From contig CM000433.1 in NCBI GenBank assembly GCA_000165345.1, positions 480,001 to 544,000 on the forward strand: a stretch of DNA of 64,000 bases. Reading direction: 5' to 3'. Below the pieces are notes generated by a model. It saw only the letters and a list, made by a program, of their open reading frames with translations, did no database searches and was not told the origin of the DNA. Shown here piece by piece: positions 54,279 to 64,000 of this stretch. Every line of letters begins with the position of its first letter. Position 1 is the stretch's first letter. The translations under genes were made by a program, and so were the position numbers.

Positions 54279-55217
54279 ATGAAGGAGGATGAAGGAATAC
54301 CGGAGCCAACAAACTTAGGAAATGTATCAGCATCTCTTGAAGACTTGGAGGAAAACTTTGAGGGAAGTAATATAGTGAATAAGAGTTATACCCAGAGAAG
54401 AAGGTATGAGATGTGCAAGAATGGAGACCTGGTGGTTTTGTTTGGAGGATACGAAATGGTTATACAGGTCTTTCTGGAACAAAATGGAAGAACTCAGACT
54501 AGAAATGGGGTCTTCTTACATAATGAGATTATTGGGAAGAATTTTGGAAGTCGAATATTTGATACATCCAAATCAAAGTGGATGGTAGTTTTGAAACTTT
54601 CTCCTGAACTTATCTCAATTTCCCTCAATCATCGTACCCAAATACTCTACCAAGCTGACATTTCATTAATATGTGTGCTCTTGGATGCATCCCCTGGAAA
54701 AAACATTATTGAAGCTGGAACTGGAAGTGGATCTCTTACTGTTTCACTATGTAGGTCAACAAATCCTGGTGGAGCTGTTTATACTTTCGAGTATGATCAG
54801 AAACGCCATTTGGAATCTATCCAAGACTTTCAAAAATATGGTATTTCCAATGTTGTCTGCCAGCATAGAGATGTATGCAAGGATGGCTTTATATCTCCTC
54901 TTTTAGATATTACGAAAACCACTATTCATGGAATTTTTCTTGATCTTCCCTCCCCATGGATTGCCATTAAACATGCAGACCAAGTTCTTCAAAAAGGAGC
55001 AAGTATTGTAATTTTCTCGCCATGTATCGAACAGGTATCCAAGAACTGTAATGAACTTAACTTACTCAAATATATCCATATAAGAACTTTTGAAGTACTT
55101 TATAAACCTTGGGGAATTGTTAGAGGATCTTCAAAAAAGTTCCCTACAAAAGGTCTAAGGTATCAACTTCCAATGAGAGGCCATACAGGTTATTTGTCTT
55201 TTGCTATTAAATCATAA
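54279..55217 (+). CDS. TRM61: tRNA (adenine58-N1)-methyltransferase catalytic subunit TRM61/Gcd14
   Basis: The ORF-track start at 54258 is TTG; the ATG is at 54279. GDLVVLFGGYEMVIQVF...TQTRNGVFLHNEIIGKNFGSRI...HRTQILYQADISLICVLLD...IIEAGTGSGSLTVSL...FLDLPSPW...FSPCIEQV...GHTGYLSFA is near-collinear with human TRMT61A. Confidence 0.85.
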   Translation: MKEDEGIPEPTNLGNVSASLEDLEENFEGSNIVNKSYTQRRRYEMCKNGDLVVLFGGYEMVIQVFLEQNGRTQTRNGVFLHNEIIGKNFGSRIFDTSKSKWMVVLKLSPELISISLNHRTQILYQADISLICVLLDASPGKNIIEAGTGSGSLTVSLCRSTNPGGAVYTFEYDQKRHLESIQDFQKYGISNVVCQHRDVCKDGFISPLLDITKTTIHGIFLDLPSPWIAIKHADQVLQKGASIVIFSPCIEQVSKNCNELNLLKYIHIRTFEVLYKPWGIVRGSSKKFPTKGLRYQLPMRGHTGYLSFAIKS

Positions 55218-55810
55218 AATGTGATCTCATAAAAACATTTCTCTCATTTTTTTTTATTGAGCTGAGCATGTAGCTTAAATAATATATATTATTATTCATG
55301 TATTATGCAATTTACCGATGGAATTCAAAATAAAAGGGAAAAAAAGAAGCCATAACTTTTTTTCAATACATTATAAGAATTATCTTTCAATTCAATCCCA
55401 ATCAATTTATTTTTTTCTTTCTCTTAATCCAATTTTAAATTTTCGATCAAAAATTGCATGCATGCAATTTGAGACAGGCTATTATTTTTATTAATACGGT
55501 ATTGAATTAATAAAGGTTTTTCATTACTTTGTTTCTCTTCATGATCTTTTTCAACTATTGTACCATTTCAGGTAATATTAGTTTTCTTATAAACAAATAT
55601 TAATTATAATGCAATTAAATCCTCAAATATTAAAAATATATATATTTATATATTACACTTATTTCAAGCCTTGCTTTTCCATTATTGCATATTTTATCCC
55701 CTCATTGCCAAAATCGATTTAAGCGGGAAATTTGATTTGTTTGGAAAAAAAATGTATTTATTTGAATGCAAAAGTAAATTAAACGAATAAATCTGAATTC
55801 CAACAAGTAC

Positions 55811-56211
55811 ATGAGCTGCCAAATAACTCGAGTTACCAAAGAGATTAGTTCGATTATTCAACGTTTCTCTTGTCCAAACCTTCGTTCATACTTCAACAGA
55901 AACGTAAGTTTAAATCTCTCATTTATCTAACATAAACTGAAGCTATTCTCCCTTTAAACCAAACTGGAATTCACCATTTTAAATCAACTGATTCTTTTTT
56001 TTAATTATTTTTATTTTGTTAAATTCTTCTTTTTTCCTTTTTAAATCCAAAGTTCCTTGCACTTTATAATAGGTATCATGTAAAGCTTAACAAAGATCTC
56101 AAAACAAAGAATGAGTTTTGTAAGGAACTCAATGATTACAAAGAAATGCTTGAAAGACAAACCACCATTAGTAATATTTATTATACTGGAATGCTCAATA
56201 CCACTAAATAA
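55811..56211 (+). CDS. ISD11: ISD11/LYRM4-like LYR-motif protein. Two exons (55811..55903 and 56053..56211); not in the ORF track.
   Basis: ATG is at 55811, followed by 31 codons and a GTAAGT donor at 55904. A 149-nt AT-rich intron ends in a polypyrimidine tract plus AG (tccaaag|) at 56052. Exon 2 (57 codons) runs to TAA at 56209-56211. The joined product is MSCQITRVTKEISSIIQRFSCPNLRSYFNRNFLALYNRYHVKLNKDLKTKNEFCKELNDYKEMLERQTTISNIYYTGMLNTTK. RFS..N.RSYF..N......R, NDYKEMLERQTTISNIYYT aligns with human LYRM4 [24 protein letters not shown]...[22 protein letters not shown]. It also aligns with yeast Isd11 FREYFLSKTRTTFRKN...KNDLGVLKRQSVISQMYT. Confidence 0.6.
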
Positions 56212-56857
56212 TTTGCTTTAGTCATTATAATCCTTTATATTTGTAATAACTCAACTAACACTCTTCTTTCGCTCTCTCTCTTTTCCTCTCTATCTTTGTC
56301 TCTATTTCCTCACATCTTACACACACACCCTCTTTTTATCTCCTATTCATTTCCTTATCATCCCAGTTATTCTTCTCTTTTTTCGTAATTTTCTCACAAG
56401 CACGCCCAATCTTTATATTTTTATTACATATTCCAAAAAAGGCTAAAATTTAGTTTCCCGCCCAATCGACTCTGACTTATTCTTGTTACATTTTAAACGT
56501 GTATATAAATATATATATTATAGGAAATATATATATTGAAAGGTATTTTGTGCGTGAGATAGATAGATTGGCCATATATATCGAATAAGACAATTCTCTT
56601 GCATTGATCTTGCTAATTCCAAAAGCAGTAATTGAGAATTTGGAACGCAAATTGAGATTGTGGAAATTGCTCTCAAAATTCAAATAATTTGAAAGTTATG
56701 TGATCTTTCAATCCCACACACTCAAGACTGGTTGTTTAATTCTTACCAATACATAAGTGAAAAGTTTAATAACAATTAGTTGAATAAATACTGAGCATTG
56801 AGATTTCTTATATGAAGTTCTGAAAATTGGTAGAAAGCATAATTGATTCCATTAAAG

Positions 56858-59800
56858 ATGAGTAATATATGTATTGAACCAGAACTTGAAGGATGGAAGG
56901 AATTTTTGGATGAAAAACTTACAGAAAATATACTTAATACTGGTTACTTATGTTTGGAAATCCCAGAAAGTTTCAAATTATCAAAAGTGACTCCTGAAAA
57001 TAGTTCAAATTACCAATATAGCGTAATGTACACTCCTTGTGATATACGAGAACTTGCTCTTTATTGTGGAGAAGAGCAAGGTAAGTACGTCTCACAACTC
57101 TTGAAGCTAGTATTTGAAAGGCTACTTCAACTTGTTGGAATTAATGATATTTTTCTTCATAATAATAACACAAAGATACCATTTCAAAGTTCCAGAGAGT
57201 GTAAGAAGCTCAAATTGGATGAAGAAAACTGTGATCAAAGTAAATTAGATCCTCTCTTGAAATTAGAATTATCTTCAAATCATGAAAATAAATCTAAAGA
57301 AGAAACTGAATGGTTTCTTTGTAGAACTGTGAGTGTAAATAGCCATAGCCTTCCATTATCTACACCAATTAATTGGATTAGCTGTGAAGATATTGAACAT
57401 ATCCTTCATACTGTAAAAGATGCATTCCACTTACATGATATGTTTTATTTATGCTTTCCATTAAGATTGAAACACTCATGTACTCATGAAGATAAGGATA
57501 GAATTGGAATTAATGTTTCTGCTCAAAAGGAAATGGTCATTTTGTTAACAGAAAAGTTTTCTGAGTTTTCAAATCATGTTAAAAAAAGTATATACTTTAA
57601 TAGTTTAGTTGGTGAAGATCTTGAGAATGGAGAAATTAATGTTGAAACAAATCCCAAAGTTGATCAAGTGAAACTGATTGAATCAAAAAATTGGAATAGA
57701 TACTATCCAATGAATTCCCTTCGTGTTGGACTTTTCATGACTTTAAAAATTTCAACAGTGAATTTATTTAAGATGAATCCCGGACTCTTTCAAACCCCAC
57801 TTTTCATTAATCCCTTTTATAACTCTACTTCTTGTCCTTCATGTTATTTTTCATGGCTAAGACTTATTAATTCCAAAAATGGTGATGACAATAATTCATC
57901 AAATTCCAGCACTTTTGACGATATTGAAAAGGTACTAAATGATGAAGAAATGCTTATTCTTGCACTTGAAACCAAAGTTAGAATATTTCTTAATGGCTCA
58001 TCCCCACATGAGGAATATATCAAAGTCAGAAAGGTAATTCAAAATAGTACTGAAACGAATGGAGAATTAGCTGAAAATATACCAAATATTTACGCAGGCG
58101 AAGCAATTTGGCCAGGAATCACTTCTAAAGGAGCATTTAATCCAAAAGTTTTGATTGGATTGATCAACGCTAATTCCATGGTTCTTGGAGCCAAGTTAGT
58201 TAATAAAACCCATGAAAATGAGCATGAAAATGAGCATGAATATGAAGATGAAAATAACAATAATGAAATGAATACTGAGAATCAGATCAATGTTGAAGCT
58301 CGAACGTCAATAATTGAGGGTGCTGATCAATGGACCCAAGGAGGAGAGATTGCATTTCAAAGTAAATACAGTGATATTGAATTATATGAGAAGAACTTGG
58401 AAGACTTTATTTTCGAGAAAATTCATGATGAAGATCTCAATTGTTGTGGATCAAAAAGAAAAGAAGAATTTCCTAATGATATAACCATTGGTAGTACCAG
58501 ATTAATTAAAGTTTGCAGTAAATATACAATGGTTCCATACTTTGGATCCAGGAGCATTGTAAAAATCAATGATTCTCAAGTACATGGCTGTTCTGCATTA
58601 GGAATTTCTCGTGATAAGAAAAATCTGAGTAAAAATATCTCTGTGAACCTTCTTTCTCAGATATGCAGCTATCTGCCTCTAAAGGACTTTTCAAATTTCA
58701 GATTAGTTTGCAGAACTCATTGCTGTCGTACAATCTTCAATTCTTATGTTCAAAATTTGACTTTATTCGAATCTGATTTGTACCTTCCAATTCTTGGTCA
58801 GCTATACCCACTTTTATCAAAAGCAAAATCCATTTCAGTTATTCAAACCTTTGATGAGAAGTTTAACCAATTTGAAATGTTTAACTCAGAATTTAATGGT
58901 AGTGTTGCTAATCTTCATTCTCAATATTGCAGAATTCCTCCAATTGCAATTCAGTGTTTGGCTGCTTATACTCCCAAAGTTAAGAAGATGATCTTTACCA
59001 ACCATTCTAATGCTAATCTTGCGAAAATAATCTCAAGAGCATCAGGAAGGAAACCTGAGACTATTGTAGTTTCCCAAAACTTTGCAAACAATCAGTCTCT
59101 TGGAATTAACTTTAATGCTGATGAAAATCAAGATAATTATGGAGATGAACAAATTAGTCAAGAGATCATCGATTCTCTAGAAAACTCTGGCCAAACAATC
59201 AATTTTCCAGATGGCCTTAATGGTGGTGATATTGCTGGTGAAATTGGGGATGAAATTAATGGTGGTAATAGTAGTAGTGATGTTAATGGTGGTAATTTAA
59301 ATGGTGATATTATTAGAAGTAATACCAATATGATTAATAATGGCAATAACCAAGATATGAACGAAAATACTCAATTTTCCAACTCAAATCTATCAAGTAA
59401 TCCAGGTCAAAACTCGCAAGAAACTGAACTTTCAAATACTGATCAATCACTATTATTAAACTTGCAAACATTTCCAGAAAGTGGAACTTCAATATCACCA
59501 AGTCTCATAGAAATTCATATAATCGGAAGCATTGAATCTTCAAACAGTCTTCCAACAAGTCTATTCAGAATACCAATCACAGCTCCTTTCAGAAAGCTCA
59601 TTAGGTATTTTAGAGATGTTGCAGCTATTCATGAAGGTATAATTGACCTATATATTCTTAGATATGGAATCAAAGATAGACTTATTCCAGATTTATCTCC
59701 AATTGACTATGGAATATTAAGAGGTCCAACAGTATTGTTTGCAATCGGCTATAAAACGCTTCAATACTCTCAAAAAATATGGATTTCTCTTTTTCTTGTT

Positions 59801-60082
59801 GGTTCTGTGCATTTTCCATATCTTCCAAAACTCAGGTTTAATGCATCTATGAGCACTCCCTTTTCTAGGTTGGCAGAAAGCTACTCAAGAAACGTTAATA
59901 TTTCTGTCACAGACGTAATGTTCATATATAAAGACTCTGAAATCGATCTCAATCTTTCTCCCTACGATTACAATGTTTCCGAGAATGACACAATTGAGGT
60001 TATTCTCCGAACTAGGATTAATAATGATAATGTTAGCAATTCAATCATTTCCGACTTCAACAATGGAAGCAACGCCCTTTAA
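56858..60082 (+). CDS. hypothetical protein with an F-box-like motif
   Basis: The ORF-track start at 56843 is TTG; the first ATG is at 56858 (MSNICIEPE...). An F-box-like segment is NISVNLLSQICSYLPLKDFSNFRLVCRTHCCRTIF. The C-terminal region is N/G/D-rich and low-complexity. Confidence 0.45.
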   Translation: MSNICIEPELEGWKEFLDEKLTENILNTGYLCLEIPESFKLSKVTPENSSNYQYSVMYTPCDIRELALYCGEEQGKYVSQLLKLVFERLLQLVGINDIFLHNNNTKIPFQSSRECKKLKLDEENCDQSKLDPLLKLELSSNHENKSKEETEWFLCRTVSVNSHSLPLSTPINWISCEDIEHILHTVKDAFHLHDMFYLCFPLRLKHSCTHEDKDRIGINVSAQKEMVILLTEKFSEFSNHVKKSIYFNSLVGEDLENGEINVETNPKVDQVKLIESKNWNRYYPMNSLRVGLFMTLKISTVNLFKMNPGLFQTPLFINPFYNSTSCPSCYFSWLRLINSKNGDDNNSSNSSTFDDIEKVLNDEEMLILALETKVRIFLNGSSPHEEYIKVRKVIQNSTETNGELAENIPNIYAGEAIWPGITSKGAFNPKVLIGLINANSMVLGAKLVNKTHENEHENEHEYEDENNNNEMNTENQINVEARTSIIEGADQWTQGGEIAFQSKYSDIELYEKNLEDFIFEKIHDEDLNCCGSKRKEEFPNDITIGSTRLIKVCSKYTMVPYFGSRSIVKINDSQVHGCSALGISRDKKNLSKNISVNLLSQICSYLPLKDFSNFRLVCRTHCCRTIFNSYVQNLTLFESDLYLPILGQLYPLLSKAKSISVIQTFDEKFNQFEMFNSEFNGSVANLHSQYCRIPPIAIQCLAAYTPKVKKMIFTNHSNANLAKIISRASGRKPETIVVSQNFANNQSLGINFNADENQDNYGDEQISQEIIDSLENSGQTINFPDGLNGGDIAGEIGDEINGGNSSSDVNGGNLNGDIIRSNTNMINNGNNQDMNENTQFSNSNLSSNPGQNSQETELSNTDQSLLLNLQTFPESGTSISPSLIEIHIIGSIESSNSLPTSLFRIPITAPFRKLIRYFRDVAAIHEGIIDLYILRYGIKDRLIPDLSPIDYGILRGPTVLFAIGYKTLQYSQKIWISLFLVGSVHFPYLPKLRFNASMSTPFSRLAESYSRNVNISVTDVMFIYKDSEIDLNLSPYDYNVSENDTIEVILRTRINNDNVSNSIISDFNNGSNAL

Positions 60083-60401
60083 ACAATTTACAAACATTTC
60101 AATTCGATTATTAATTTTGTGTTGATCCAACCATCATTACTTCCCTAATTTTTTTTTCACTTCTTCTATTCCCAGTTACAATGCATTCACTTGGATATTC
60201 TGCATACAAACCTTCTCTTAAAACTTAATTTCAAACTTTATTTTTTTCTCGATTTTTATTACTATTTAACTATCTTCTCTTTCTTTTGAATAATTTGTAC
60301 ACATCCTAATTGCATGCGAATTCTTCTACAACTGCTTCTATTTGCAATATGCATGCATTTTTTATTTATTACGTGTACTATTTTTTATGATACCCCACAT
60401 C

Positions 60402-60413
60402 TTGGCGCCCAAT
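60402..60413. promoter_or_regulatory. E2F-like box TTGGCGCCCAAT about 420 bp upstream of the Yip1-family gene
   Basis: GGCGCC core with flanking CAAT. Confidence 0.45.
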
Positions 60414-60831
60414 GACGTGTCAATTATAAGAAATAAATAATTTTTTTTGGGATATTAAAATTTGAATAATTAACTGAACAAGCGGATTTTTTCTTTTTAA
60501 AAGATCAGATTAGTTTGGAGAAGGAAAATAATAAGAAGGAAATAACTATTTCAAATTTCTATATACTTTTTTTGTGGCCAAATTTAGTAAAAAAGAAATT
60601 CAGATTTGCAAAAATACTTTAATTCAACTAAATCAGCAATAAAAACAAAAAAAAAAAGAGGATACAAATTGCCATAATAAAATTTTTTAATTAAACTCCT
60701 CTTTCCTAAAAGGAATCTCTGTACAGGACTAACTATAACATTTTAAAACTAAGCAACTTTGAAATCTTACTATTGTAAATTCTCCTATTCTCTAGCCTTT
60801 ACTATTTATTAATCAGCTCATATTGTTAATA

Positions 60832-61794
60832 ATGAATGTGGACGACTTAAATTTCAATATAGAAACTGTGAATTTAGATTCAGAGCTGGAATTTGAGACC
60901 TTTGATAGAAAAACTCACGTTGAATCTCAACCCTTAAAGAATTCTGGTTATTTGGGTAGAATTGATGAGTTTGAACCAGGAACTTCTATAGGTGGTGAAA
61001 TAGGACAATCTTACATGAGTGGCCAAACTCAAAAAGGGCTTGAAGGTGAGGATTTAGTCTCTAGGTTCCTTGGATGGTTTAATCCGGTCAATTGGCAAGT
61101 ACTTAAAGGACACTTTAACGTTACAACTGAAGAAATTAAACAGAGATTAATTAGCATTGCATTAGTCACATTTTCAAAGAAAAGTATATTGAAAAATATT
61201 AATACATTTATGACAAATATAAAAAATCCTGCAATTAGTGGAATTTCTGTTTTCCCTCATAAAGGACAAAATGACTTATTTGAAAATGGCTTCGAACTTT
61301 TTTACTGTAAAAGTCTTGACCAAAATAAACGTAGTGATCTTTATGGACCTTTTTGGCTAAATATAACTATGGCTATGCTCATTGGTACATACTCAACTAT
61401 TCTTCCACATCTCAAATCCAAGTACGTCTTAAATCCTGATATTACTCGTCTTACAATGTCTTTCTCATATATATTCACCAGCCTTGCCATTACTTGCTCT
61501 GTTATTTATGGAATTCTACTATACAACAGAGAGAATCTTCCAATAACTTTGATTTTCACTATATATGGATACAGTTCCTTGACGTATTTTCCCGGAATAT
61601 TACTTATTATATTGTTTAACCATACCATCCTGAACTGGATATTTCTTACTATATCATCACTTTTCAATATGATGTTTCTCTATAATTCACTATTTATCAA
61701 TGGGAGTAGAACTCACACCCACTTAAACGTGGCCTTATGTGTTATCATCCCTAATATTCTCCATATTATTCTCCTAAAGTTCCTATTCTTTTAG
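60832..61794 (+). CDS. Yip1-domain family membrane protein (Golgi YIPF-like)
   Basis: The ORF-track start at 60823 is TTG; the ATG is at 60832. The cytosolic N-terminus is followed by about 5 TM helices. The DLYGPFWLNITMAMLIG motif matches the conserved Yip1 DLxGP motif. Confidence 0.55.
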   Translation: MNVDDLNFNIETVNLDSELEFETFDRKTHVESQPLKNSGYLGRIDEFEPGTSIGGEIGQSYMSGQTQKGLEGEDLVSRFLGWFNPVNWQVLKGHFNVTTEEIKQRLISIALVTFSKKSILKNINTFMTNIKNPAISGISVFPHKGQNDLFENGFELFYCKSLDQNKRSDLYGPFWLNITMAMLIGTYSTILPHLKSKYVLNPDITRLTMSFSYIFTSLAITCSVIYGILLYNRENLPITLIFTIYGYSSLTYFPGILLIILFNHTILNWIFLTISSLFNMMFLYNSLFINGSRTHTHLNVALCVIIPNILHIILLKFLFF

Positions 61795-62140
61795 GAGTTG
61801 AATATTTCTATCCATAATAAAAGTTAGGAATTGTGAAATAGTCAAAGAATATTAAATGAAATGAGAAGTAAAGAGTAAATAGAAAGAGGAGTAGATTAAT
61901 AGATATAATATACAAAGACCTATAAATAGGATGTATTTAGGTAAAAAAAATAAGTTTTTAAATAACAAACCTAAATAACGATGTTATTGTATAAATAGCA
62001 CTAATACAATGCCAAAGCTTAAATGTTTCAAAAACTTGCCGAATTGACTTTTTATGTGTTATCTCTACTTGTTTGTTTAATCCACAAGATCCACTAATCC
62101 CCACTTAATCCAGGGAAGCCAGAAAATTGATTGAATGGCA

Positions 62141-64000
62141 TTACGGCGTTGTACAATGTTTGCACGGAAGTAGCTTGTTACTGCACTTGTATCTCAAATA
62201 TTTCTTGTAAATACTGGCAATAATCTCCTCTTTGTCCTTTTTGACTTTATTAAATAATACAAAGGAAGTTATCTTTCTACTCCTCTGCTCCTCCAATGAC
62301 ATAAACTCCTCTAGCAACCTCAGAGGAATCAAAATCACTGTCTTACCAGAAACTTTTGATCTCACATATGATCCATGTGGACATTTTGCCGAACCTAATG
62401 CAATATCTTTTGACCAATCCTGCACTCTATTAGTTGATTTATATAATCCATTTTCAATACTTGCAGCTTGAAAAGAATGTGAATCAGATGCATTATGAAG
62501 TTGAAGAAGCATCTGTTCACTTGTATTTCCATTTCTCTGAATATCTCTTTTAATATCAGTAAAAATTGATCTCCAGTTATAATCAAAATCTATTGTGGAG
62601 CTCTCGTTCTGACTAACTATCCCAAACTTATCATTAAGTTGGCTTTGTTTCCTTTGAAACATTTGCACAGGATTTTTATGCTTCAAGTCAAACTTTGCTA
62701 TCAAGCTATTAAACATCCTAGTGCTGGTCAAGCAGACCTCGCTCTCATTAGTAATGTCAGTCCTCATAATCTCGTAAATAATTCTTGACTGCTTTAAAGA
62801 AATATTTAGAATTCCATATAAGCTTTCCACGCATTTTAAGCACATACTCTTGCTCAAATTCAAACATTCAACTTGAGTTTCAGAATCAAAATTAAAAGTA
62901 TCTGCTTTCTTGGAATTTTCCTGTTTAACTGAGTCATTGGTTACGTACCCATCATCCAAAGAATAATACTCTCTAAGCAGAGAGTTTTCCTTGGAGATAC
63001 ATTCAACCAAAGCGCTAAGAAGTTCAGGAGGAAACAACTTCACCCGTCCCTCCCAGAACAAAAATGGGTCTAAAAATTTACTACCTTCTGCTTCCTCATG
63101 TTTTCCTTGCTTTCCTCCTTCAACTACAGAATGTTTGCAATATAAATTCTCATAGCTCCAAAATTTGATGAATTCACCAGAGTTATGACACAAAATCTTC
63201 TCTAAGTCATCTCCGTGAACATAGCACATCCACCAATCATTGGGTATTGCCAAAAACCCACCAAACAAATAATTCTTAACTAGCTCATTGTCATCATCCT
63301 TTGATGCCTCAAGTCTTTTAGTCCACTCTTCTCGCCATCTATCTATAGAAGGTCTTAATATAACATTCTTTAAAAATGTCACATTCTGCTTCCTCAAGTT
63401 CAAAACACTCAACTTCTTCAAAATTAAATTCTTTTCGCACTCTTTCACACCCAACTCCCCGCCTAATGACATTCCTGGCACCAAACCCATATTTGTGTCC
63501 ACATCAGTGCATGCATTCGTAATACCGGTATTGCATGTGGGTTGTCGTGGCGCCCAATCTTTTCTTTTATAAATGAGCATATACCCAGTTCTAGTGACCA
63601 TTCGATTGATATTAGAGTTATTGCAGAGGGAAAACTTGGGAGTCCATTCCTGAACTTCGCTATCATCAAAATGTACCCATTTCCATCTTTTTTTGGAATG
63701 GTTACATTGTTCAGTTGTGCTGGAGTCTAATTTAGAGTCAAGCTTTTGGGAAGGTAATTTCAGTTTGGAATTTTGGTTAGCTGGTGCTCCTCCTCCCTTA
63801 AGACCTTTTTCTTCAGAGTTTTGAAAGTTGATTAGAGGAAAACGAGTTTGAGTTTGTTGTCCTTTATCCAACAAGGATGAGTCATTTCCGGGTTGTCTGC
63901 CTACAAAATGTTGTTGTAATCTCATCTGTTCCTGATGTTTTTGGAGCTGGAGTTGGTTCTGAATTTGATTTTGGATTTGATTCTGCTGACCATTTCCTTG
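62141..64000 (-). CDS. 5'-partial gene whose N-terminal region resembles the end of a USP/UCH fold. It continues upstream of the window.
   Basis: The minus-strand frame stays open to nt 64000, upstream of the ATG at 63923-63925 (Q-rich QNQIQNQIQNQLQLQKHQEQ). WKWVHFDDSEVQEW...TGYMLIYKRKD resembles the C-terminal His-box region of ubiquitin-specific proteases (W.FDDS.V ... AYvLFY.R). The GHY motif is not evident. The rest, about 480 aa, has no recognisable domain. Confidence 0.35.
   Translation of the reverse strand, partial: QGNGQQNQIQNQIQNQLQLQKHQEQMRLQQHFVGRQPGNDSSLLDKGQQTQTRFPLINFQNSEEKGLKGGGAPANQNSKLKLPSQKLDSKLDSSTTEQCNHSKKRWKWVHFDDSEVQEWTPKFSLCNNSNINRMVTRTGYMLIYKRKDWAPRQPTCNTGITNACTDVDTNMGLVPGMSLGGELGVKECEKNLILKKLSVLNLRKQNVTFLKNVILRPSIDRWREEWTKRLEASKDDDNELVKNYLFGGFLAIPNDWWMCYVHGDDLEKILCHNSGEFIKFWSYENLYCKHSVVEGGKQGKHEEAEGSKFLDPFLFWEGRVKLFPPELLSALVECISKENSLLREYYSLDDGYVTNDSVKQENSKKADTFNFDSETQVECLNLSKSMCLKCVESLYGILNISLKQSRIIYEIMRTDITNESEVCLTSTRMFNSLIAKFDLKHKNPVQMFQRKQSQLNDKFGIVSQNESSTIDFDYNWRSIFTDIKRDIQRNGNTSEQMLLQLHNASDSHSFQAASIENGLYKSTNRVQDWSKDIALGSAKCPHGSYVRSKVSGKTVILIPLRLLEEFMSLEEQRSRKITSFVLFNKVKKDKEEIIASIYKKYLRYKCSNKLLPCKHCTTP

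Noticed and set aside
55541-55580. ATGATCTTTTTCAACTATTGTACCATTTCAG|GTAATA: a possible upstream mini-exon for ISD11
   Set aside because: There is no matching downstream acceptor in frame before the ISD11 ATG. ISD11 does not need a presequence. A single GT after an ATG is expected by chance in AT-rich DNA.

Overview
This window reads as a gene-dense eukaryotic chromosome segment, not a prokaryotic locus. It is AT-rich (about 30% GC), almost intron-free, and full of low-complexity poly-E, poly-Q and poly-N/S coding tracts. Intergenic regions carry recurring GGCGCC / GGCGGG (E2F-like) and GCATGC motifs. Together these fit an apicomplexan genome of Cryptosporidium type.

I can support about 30 protein-coding genes and two tandem tRNA-Arg genes. 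Most are single-exon housekeeping genes:
- N-glycosylation: ALG7 (GlcNAc-1-P transferase) and DAD1/OST2.
- Chromatin: Sin3, a SET-domain protein and an S/K-rich nuclear protein.
- RNA processing and tRNA modification: USP39/Sad1, a CPSF6/CFIm68-like protein, TRM6, TRM61 and DUS3.
- Mitosome-related: prohibitin, an ABC1/ADCK kinase, a TRIAP1/Mdm35-like twin-Cx9C protein and an ISD11/LYRM4-like protein.
- Others: PSMD9/Nas2, ribosomal P1, prefoldin-5, Arp1/centractin, a Yip1-family protein, a non-RD protein kinase, several large low-complexity proteins, and a 5'-partial USP-like gene at the right edge.

The most useful new observations are:
- a small two-exon ISD11/LYRM4-like gene at 55811-56211 that the ORF track misses;
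- three ORF fragments at 34037-37210 that join through two GTAAGT...AG introns into one ABC1-kinase/beta-lactamase-like gene;
- two adjacent same-strand ORFs (11724-13628) that look like one interrupted type-I membrane protein;
- several ORF-track starts that are TTG/GTG, with the true ATG downstream;
- a dense set of palindromic TTTGGCGCCAAA-type boxes and GCATGC palindromes in 5' intergenic regions.

There is no CRISPR array, defence island, transposon or rRNA here. Everything is inferred by eye from the sequence and remembered family motifs; no searches were run.
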